Shown here: positions 56,501 through 64,000 of the stretch, piece after piece
Layout: every line of letters starts with the position of its first letter
Position numbering within the stretch: position 1 is the stretch's first letter
Assembly (NCBI GenBank): GCA_964016885.1
Contig: OZ024744.1
Location: 27,838,001-27,902,000 of the forward strand
Source of the DNA: Eledone cirrhosa
Lineage: Eukaryota
DNA length: 64,000 bases
Direction: 5' to 3'
The notes under the pieces: generated by a model
What the model was told of the DNA's origin: nothing
Database searches by the model: none
Seen by the model: only the letters and a program-made list of their open reading frames with translations
Made by a program: the position numbers and the translations under genes

Positions 56501-59500
56501 TGTTATCACTGTTATTGTCACTGTTATTGTCACTGTTGTTGTTGTTCTCGCTGTTATAACTGTTATTGTGACTGTTGTTGTTGTCGCTGTTATAACTGTT
56601 ATTGTCATTGTTGTTGTTGTTGTCGCTGTTATCACTGTTATTAACACTGTTGTTGTTGTTGTTCTCGCTGTTATCACTGTTATTGTCACTGTTGTTGTTG
56701 TTGTCGCTGTTATAACTGTTATTGTCACTGTTGTTGTTGTCGTTGTTATCACTGTTATTGTCATTAATGTTGTTCGCGCTGTTATCACTGGTATTGACAC
56801 TGTTGTTGTTGTTGTCAATGTTATAACTGTTATTGTCTCTGTTGATGTTGTTGTTGTCGCTGTTATAACTGTTATTGTCACTGTTGTTGTTGTCGCTATT
56901 ATAACTCTTATTGTCACTGTTGTTGTTGTTGTCGTTGTTATCACTGTTATTGTCATTATTGTTGTTGTCGCTGTTATTACTGTTATTGTCATTGTTGTTG
57001 TTGTTGTCGCTGTTATCACTGTTATTGTCGCTGTTGTTGTTGTCGCTGTTATAACTGTTATTGTCACTATTGCTTTTGTTGTCGCTCTTATCACTCTTAT
57101 TGTCATTGTTGTTGTTGTTCTCGCTGCTATCCCTGTTATTGTCATTGTTGTTGTTGTTGTACTCGCTGTTATCACTGTTATTGTCATTGTTGTTGTTGTT
57201 GTCGCTGTTATCACTGTTATTGTCACTGTTTTTGTTGTTGTCGCTATTATCACTGTTATTTTCATTGTTTTTGTTGTTGTTCTCGCATTTATCACTGTTA
57301 TTGTCAGTGTTGTTGTTGTTGTTCTCGCTGTTATCACTGTTGTCGTCACTGTTGTTGTTGTTCTCGCTGTTATCACTGTTATTGTCACTGTTGTTGTTCT
57401 TCTCGCTGTTATCACTGTTATTGTCATTGTTGTTGTTGTTGTGTTCGCTGTTATAACTGTTATTGTCATTGTTGTTGTTGTTGTTGTCGCTGTTATCACT
57501 GTTATTGTCACTGTTGTTGTTGTCGCTGGTATAACTGTTATTGTCACTGTTGTTTTTGTTGTTGTCGCTGTTATCACTGTTATTGTCACTGTTGTTGTTC
57601 TCGCTGTTATAACTGTTATTCTCACTGTTGTTTTTCTGGCTGTTATCACTGGTATTGACACTGTTGTTGTTTTTATTGTCGCTGTTAGAACTGTTATTGT
57701 CACTGTTGTTATTGTTGTTGTCGCTGTTATAACTGTTATTGTCACTGTTGTTGTTGTTCTCGCTGTTATCACTGTTATTGTCATTGTTGTTGTTGTCGCT
57801 GTTATCACTGTTATTGTCATTGTTGTTGTTGTCGCTGTTATCACTCTTATTGTCACTGTTGTTGTTGTCACTGTTATAAATGTTATTATCACTGTTGTCG
57901 TTGTTGTCGCTGTTATCACTGTTATTGTCACTGTTGTTGTTGTCGCTGTCATAACTGTTCTTTTCACTGTTGTTGTTGTTGTTCTCGCTGTTATCACTGT
58001 TATTGTCACTGTTGTTATTGTTGTTGTTGCTGTTATCACTGTTATTGTCACTGTTGTAGTTGTTGTCGCTGTTATCACTGTTATTGTCATTGTTGTTGTT
58101 GTCGCTGTAATCACTGTTATTGTCACTGTTGTTGTTGTTCTCGCTGTTATCACTGTTATTGTCACTGTTGTTGTTCTTCTCGCTGTTATCACTGTTATTG
58201 TCATTGTTGTTGTTGTTGTGTTCGCTGTTATAACTGTTATTGTCATTGTTGTTGTTGTTGTTGTCGCTGTTATCACTGTTATTGTCACCGTTGTTGTTGT
58301 CGCTGGTATAACTGTTATTGTCACTGTTGTTTTTGTTGTTGTCGCTGTTATCACTGTTATTGTCACTGTTGTTGTTGTCGCTGTTATAACTGTTATTGTC
58401 ACTGTTGTTGTTGTTGTCACTGTTATCACTGTTATTGTCACTGTTGTTGTTGTTCCCGCTGTTATCACTTATTGTCATTGTTGTTGTTGTCGCTGTTATC
58501 ACTGTTATTGTCACTGTTGCTGTTGTTGTCGCTGTTATATCTGTTATTGTCATTGTTGTTGTCGCTGTTATAACTGTTATTGTCATTGTTGTTGTTGTTG
58601 TTGTTGCTGTTATAACTGTTACTGTAATTGTTGTTGTTGTTGTCGCTGGTATCACTGTTATTGTCACTGTTGTTGTTGTTGTTGTTGTTGTCGCTGTTAT
58701 CACTGTTATTGTCACTGTTGTTGTTGTCGTCACTGTTATAAATGTTATTGTCACTGTTGTCGTTGTTGTCGCTGTTATCACTGTTATTGTCACTGTTGTT
58801 GTTGTTGTCGCTGTCATAACTGTTCTTTTCACAGTTGTTGTTGTTGTTCTCGCTGTTATCACTGTTATTGTCCCTGTTGTTGTCGCTGTTATCACTGTTA
58901 TTGTCACTGTTGTTAATGTTGTTGTTGCTGTTAATACTGTTATTGTCACTGTTGTAGTTGTTGTCGCTGTTATAACTGTTATTGTCACTGTTGTTGTTGT
59001 TGCTGTCGCTCTTATCACTGTTATTGTCATTGTTGTTGTTGTGGCTGTTATCACTGTTATTGTCACTGTTGTTGTCGCTGTTATCACTGTTATTTTCATT
59101 GTTGTTGTTGTTGTTCTCTCTGTTATCACTGTTATTGTCACTGTTATTGTCACTGTTATTGTCACTGTTGTTGTTGTTCTCGCTGTTATAACTGTTATTG
59201 TGACTGTTGTTGTTGTCGCTGTTATAACTGTTATTGTCATTGTTGTTGTTGGTGTCGCTGTTATCACTGTTATTAACACTGTTTTTGTTGTTGTTCTCGC
59301 TGTTACCACTGTTATTTCACTGTTGTTGTTGTTGTCGCTGTTATCACTGTTATTGTCACTGTTTTTGTTGTTGTCGCTATTATCACTGTTATTGTCACTG
59401 TTGTTTTTGTTGTTGTCGCTGTTATCACTGTTATTTTCATTGTTTTTGTTGTCGTTCTCGCATTTATCACTGTTATTGTCAGTGTTGTTGTTGTTGTTCT

Positions 59501-62500
59501 CGCTGTTATCACTGTTGTCGTCACTGTTGTTGTTGTTCTCTCTGTTATCACTGTTATTTTCACTGTTGTTGTTCTTCTCGCTGTTATCAATATTATTGTC
59601 ATTGTTGTTGTTGTTGTGTTCGCTGTTATAACTGTTATTGTAACTGTTGTTTTTGTTGTTGTCGCTGTTATCACTGTTATTGTCACTGCTGTTGTTCTGG
59701 CTGTTATCACTGGTATTGACACTGTTGTTGTTTTTATTGTCGCTGTTAGAACTGTTATTGTCACTGTTGTTATTGTTGTTGTCGCTGTTATAACTGTTAT
59801 TGTCACTGTTGTTGTTGATGTTCTCGCTGTTATCACTGTTATTGTCATTGTTGTTGTTGTCGCTGTTATCACTGTTATTGTCATTGTTGTTGTTGTCGCT
59901 GTTATCACTGTTATTGTCACTGTTGTTGTTGTTCTCGCTGTTATCACTGTTATTGTCACTGTTCTTCTCGCTGTTATCACTGTTATTGTCATTGTTGTTG
60001 CTGTTGTATTCGCTGTTATAACTGTTATTGTCATTGTTGTTGTTGTTGTTGTTGTCGCTGTTATCACTGTTATTGTCACTGTTGTTGTTGTCGCTGGTAT
60101 AACTGTTATTGTCACTGTTGTTTTTGTTGTTGTCGCTGTTATCACTGTTATTGTCACTGTTGTTTTTGTCGCTGCTATAACTGTTATTATCACTGTTGTT
60201 GTTGTTGTCACTGTTATCACTGTTATTGTCACTGTTGTTGTTGTTCTCGCTGTTATCACTGTTATTGTCATTGTTGTTGTTGTCGCTGTTATCACTGTTA
60301 TTGTCACTGTTGCTGTTGTTGTCGCTGTTATCTCTGTTATTGTCATTGTTGTTGTCGCTGTTATAACTGTTATTGTCATTGTTGTTGTTGTTGTTGTTGC
60401 TGTTATAACTGTTACTGTCACTGTTGTTGTTGTTGTCGCTGTTATCACTGTTATTTTCATTGTTGTTGTTGTCGCTGTTATCACTGTTATTGTCACTGTT
60501 GTTGTTGTCGCTCTTATCACTGTTATTGTCGCTGTTATCACTGTTATTGTCACTGTTGTTATTGTTGTTGTTGCTGTTATCACTGTTATTGTCACTGTTG
60601 TAGTTGTCGCTGTTATAACTGTTATTGTCACTGTTGTTGTTCTTGCTGTCGCTGTTATCACTGTTATTGTCATTGTTGTTGTTGTTGTGGCTGTTATCAC
60701 TGTTATTGTCACTGTTGTTGTCGCTGTTATCACTGTTATTTTCATTGTTGTTGTTGTTGTTCTCTCTGTTATCACTGTTATTGTCACTGTTATTGTCACT
60801 GTTGTTGTTGTTCTCGCTGTTATAACTGTTATTGTGTCTGTTGTTGTTGTCGCTGTTATAACTGTTATTGTCATTGTTGTTGTTGTTGTCACTGTTATCA
60901 CTGTTATTAACATTGTTGTTGTTGTTGTTCTCGCTGTTATCACTGTTATTGTCACTGTTGTTGTTGTTGTCGCTGTTATAACTGTTATTGTCACTGTTGT
61001 TGTTGTCGCTGTTATCACTGTTATTGTCACTGTTGTTGTTGTCGCTGTTATCACTGTTATTGTCACTGTTGCTGTTGTTGCTGTCGCTGTTATCACTGTT
61101 ATTGTCATTGTTGGTCTTGTACTCGCTGTTATCACTGTTATTGTTGTTGTTGTTGTGGCTGTTATCACTGTTATTGTCACTGTTGTTGTCGCTGTTATCA
61201 CTGTTATTTTCATTGTTGTTGTTGTTGTTCTCAGTGTTATCACTGTTATTGTCACTGTTATTTTCACTGTTGTTGTTGTTCTCGCTGTTATAACTGTTAT
61301 TGTGACTGTTGTTGTTGTCTCTGTTATAACTGTTATTGTCATTGTTGTTGTTGTTGTCGCTGTTATCACTGTTATTAACACTGTTGTTGTTGTTGTTCTC
61401 GCTGTTATCACTGTTATTGTCACTGTTGTTGTTGTCGCTGTTATAACTGTTATTGTCACTGTTGTTGTTGCTGTTGTCGCTGTCATAACTCTTATTGTCA
61501 CTGTTGTTGTTGTTGTCGTTGTTATCACTGTTATTTTCATTATTGTTGTTCTCGCTGTTATCACTGGTATTGACACTGTTGTTGTTGTTGTTGTCGCTGT
61601 TATAACTGTTATTGTCTCTGTTGATGTTGTTGTTGTCGCTGTTATAACTGTTATTGTCACTGTTGTTGTTGTCGCTGTTATAACTCTTATTGTCACTGTT
61701 GTTGTTGTTGTCGTCGTTGTTATCACTGTTATTGTAATTATTGTTGTTGTCGCTGTTATCACTGTTATTGTCATTGTTGTTGTTGTTGTCGCTGTTATCA
61801 CTGTTATTGTCCCTGTTGTTGTTGTCGCTGTTATAACTGTTATTGGCACTATTGCTTTTGTTGTTGTCGCTCTTATCACTCTTATTGTCATTGTTGTTGT
61901 TGTTCTCGCTGCTATCCCTGTTATTTTCATTGTTGTTGTTGTTGTACTCGCTGTTATCACTGTTATTGTCATTGTTGTTGTTGTTGTCGCTGTTATCACT
62001 GTTATTGTCACTGTTTTTGTTGTTGTCGCTATTATCACTGTTATTGTCACTGTTGTTTTTGTTGTTGTCGCTGTCATCACTGTTATTTTCATTGTTTTTG
62101 TTGTTGTTCTCGCATTTATCACTGTTATTGTCAGTGTTGTTGTTCTTGTTCTCGCTGTTATCACTGTCGTCGTCACTGTTGTTGTTCTTGTCGCTGTTAT
62201 AACTGTTATTGTGACTGTTGTTGCTGTTGTTGTCGCTGTTATAACTGTTATTGTCATTGTTGTTGTTGTCGCTGTTATCACTCTTATTGACACTGTTGTT
62301 GCTGTTGTTCTCGCTGTTATCACTGTTATTGTCACTGTTGTTGTTGTTCTCGCTGTTACCACTGCTATTGTCAATGTTGTTGTTGTTGTCGCTGTTATAA
62401 CTGTTATTGTCACTGTTGTTGTTGTTGTCGCTGTTATAACTCTTATTGTCACTGTTGTTGTTGTTCTCGCTGTTATCACTGTTATTGTCATTGTTGTTGT

Positions 62501-64000
62501 TGTCGCTGTTATCACTGTTATTGTCATTGTTGTTGTTGTCGCTGTTATTACTGTTATTGTCACTGTTGTTGTTGTTCACGCTGTTATCACTGTTATTGTC
62601 ACTGTTGTTGTTCTTCTCGCTGTTATCACTGTTATTGTCACTGTTGTTGTCGCTGTTATCACTGTTATTGTCACTGTTGTTATTGTTGTTGTTGCTGTTA
62701 TCACTGTTATTGTCACTGTTGTAGTTGTTGTCGCTGTTATAACTGTTATTGTCACTGTTGTTGTTGTTCTCGCTGTTATCACTGTTATTGTCATTGTTGT
62801 TGTTGTCGCTGTTATCACTGTTATTGTCACTGTTGCTGTTGTTGTCGCTGTTATCACTGCTATTGTCATTGTTGTTGTTGTTGTCGCTGTTATCACTGTG
62901 ATTGTCATTGTTGTTGTTGTTGTTGTTCTCGCTGTTATCACCGTTATTGTCATTGTTGTTGTAGTGGCTGTTATCACTGTTATTGTCACTGTTGTTGTCG
63001 CTGTTATCACTGTTATTTTCATTGTTGTTGTTGTTGTTCTCTCTGTTATCACTGTTATTGTCACTGTTATTGTCACTGTTGTTGTTGTTCTCCCTGTTAT
63101 AACTGTTATTGTGACTGTTGTTGTTGTCGCTGTTATAACTGTTATTGTCATTGTTGTTGTTGTTGTCGCTGTTATCACTGTTATTAACACTGTTGTTGTT
63201 GTTGTTCTCGCTGTTATCACTGTTATTGTCACTGTTGTTGTTGTTGTCGCTGTTATAACTGTTATTGTCACTGTTGTTGTTGTCGTTGTTATCACTGTTA
63301 TTGTCATTAATGTTGTTCGCGCTGTTATCACTGGTATTGACACTGTTGTTGTTGTTGTCAATGTTATAACTGTTATTGTCTCTGTTGATGTTGTTGTTGT
63401 CGCTGTTATAACTGTTATTGTCACTGTTGTTGTTGTCGCTATTATAACTCTTATTGTCACTGTTGTTGTTGTTGTCGTTGTTATCACTGTTATTGTCATT
63501 ATTGTTGTTGTCGCTGTTATTACTGTTATTGTCATTGTTGTTGTTGTTGTCGCTGTTATCACTGTTATTGTCGCTGTTGTTGTTGTCGCTGTTATAACTG
63601 TTATTGTCACTATTGCTTTTGTTGTCGCTCTTATCACTCTTATTGTCATTGTTGTTGTTGTTCTCGCTGCTATCCCTGTTATTGTCATTGTTGTTGTTGT
63701 TGTACTCGCTGTTATCACTGTTATTGTCATTGTTGTTGTTGTTGTCGCTGTTATCACTGTTATTGTCACTGTTTTTGTTGTTGTCGCTATTATCACTGTT
63801 ATTTTCATTGTTTTTGTTGTTGTTCTCGCATTTATCACTGTTATTGTCAGTGTTGTTGTTGTTGTTCTCGCTGTTATCACTGTTGTCGTCACTGTTGTTG
63901 TTGTTCTCGCTGTTATCACTGTTATTGTCACTGTTGTTGTTCTTCTCGCTGTTATCACTGTTATTGTCATTGTTGTTGTTGTTGTGTTCGCTGTTATAAC

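Larger units (their letters stand above)
1..64000. repeat. Tandem satellite/minisatellite array; monomer GCTGTTAT(C/A)ACTGTTATTGTCA(C/T)T(GTT)n(G/C)TC, about 33-45 bp, head-to-tail
   Basis: The same core GCTGTTATMACTGTTATTGTCAYT followed by a variable GTT run recurs from first to last base. The + strand is T/G-rich throughout. No inverted block or foreign insertion was seen. Confidence 0.98.
31500..64000 (+). repeat. Higher-order repeat of variable period (about 5.4-7.8 kb); four complete units plus partial units
   Basis: Marker accactgttatttcact occurs at about 32893, 40204, 48004, 53953 and 59315 (spacings 7311, 7800, 5949, 5362). Marker cccgctgttatcacttatt occurs at about 32047, 39487, 46825, 52789 and 58469. 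Near-identical 161-aa ORF entries start at 32812, 40123, 47923, 53872 and 59234. Confidence 0.9.

Noticed and set aside
1-64000. CRISPR array (constant core of about 24 bp with variable intervening sequence)
   Set aside because: The intervening sequences are short (GTT)n runs, not unique spacers. There is no leader or cas gene.
1-64000. Telomerase-synthesised degenerate telomeric repeat
   Set aside because: It lacks G-tracts, and variant patterns are copied in kb-scale blocks, which indicates DNA-level duplication rather than de novo templated addition.
1-64000. Synthetic or purely artefactual low-complexity sequence
   Set aside because: Nested duplications with hierarchically shared point variants look like real array evolution. 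Individual blocks or singleton indels could still be assembly errors.
1-64000. tRNA, rRNA, structured ncRNA, terminators, transposon ends
   Set aside because: There is no complex sequence, and the only notable self-complementarity is the 8-bp GTTATAAC palindrome.

Overview
The whole 64-kb window is one uninterrupted, single-orientation tandem-repeat array (satellite or very large minisatellite) that runs off both ends. I see no unique sequence, recognisable gene, RNA gene, transposon or CRISPR array. The monomer is GCT GTT AT(C/A) ACT GTT ATT GTC A(C/T)T (GTT)n (G/C)TC, typically about 33-45 bp, giving roughly 1,700 copies by length/mean-monomer estimate. It is built almost entirely of RYY triplets around a variable (GTT)n microsatellite. 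Rare variants act as barcodes and reveal a nested history: a mosaic of 0.3-2.7 kb copied blocks in the left third, an apparently exact 4,861-bp tandem duplication (about 18612-28348), and a 5.4-7.8 kb higher-order repeat (HOR) across the right half. The giant six-frame ORFs are mostly what this triplet composition predicts. The one unexplained signal is that the rare frame-breaking indels mostly come as compensating pairs, which keep a 26.7-kb minus-strand Asn/Ser/Asp-rich frame open. Coding status is unproven and the organism cannot be identified from this window. All alignments were done by eye, so coordinates may be off by a few bases.
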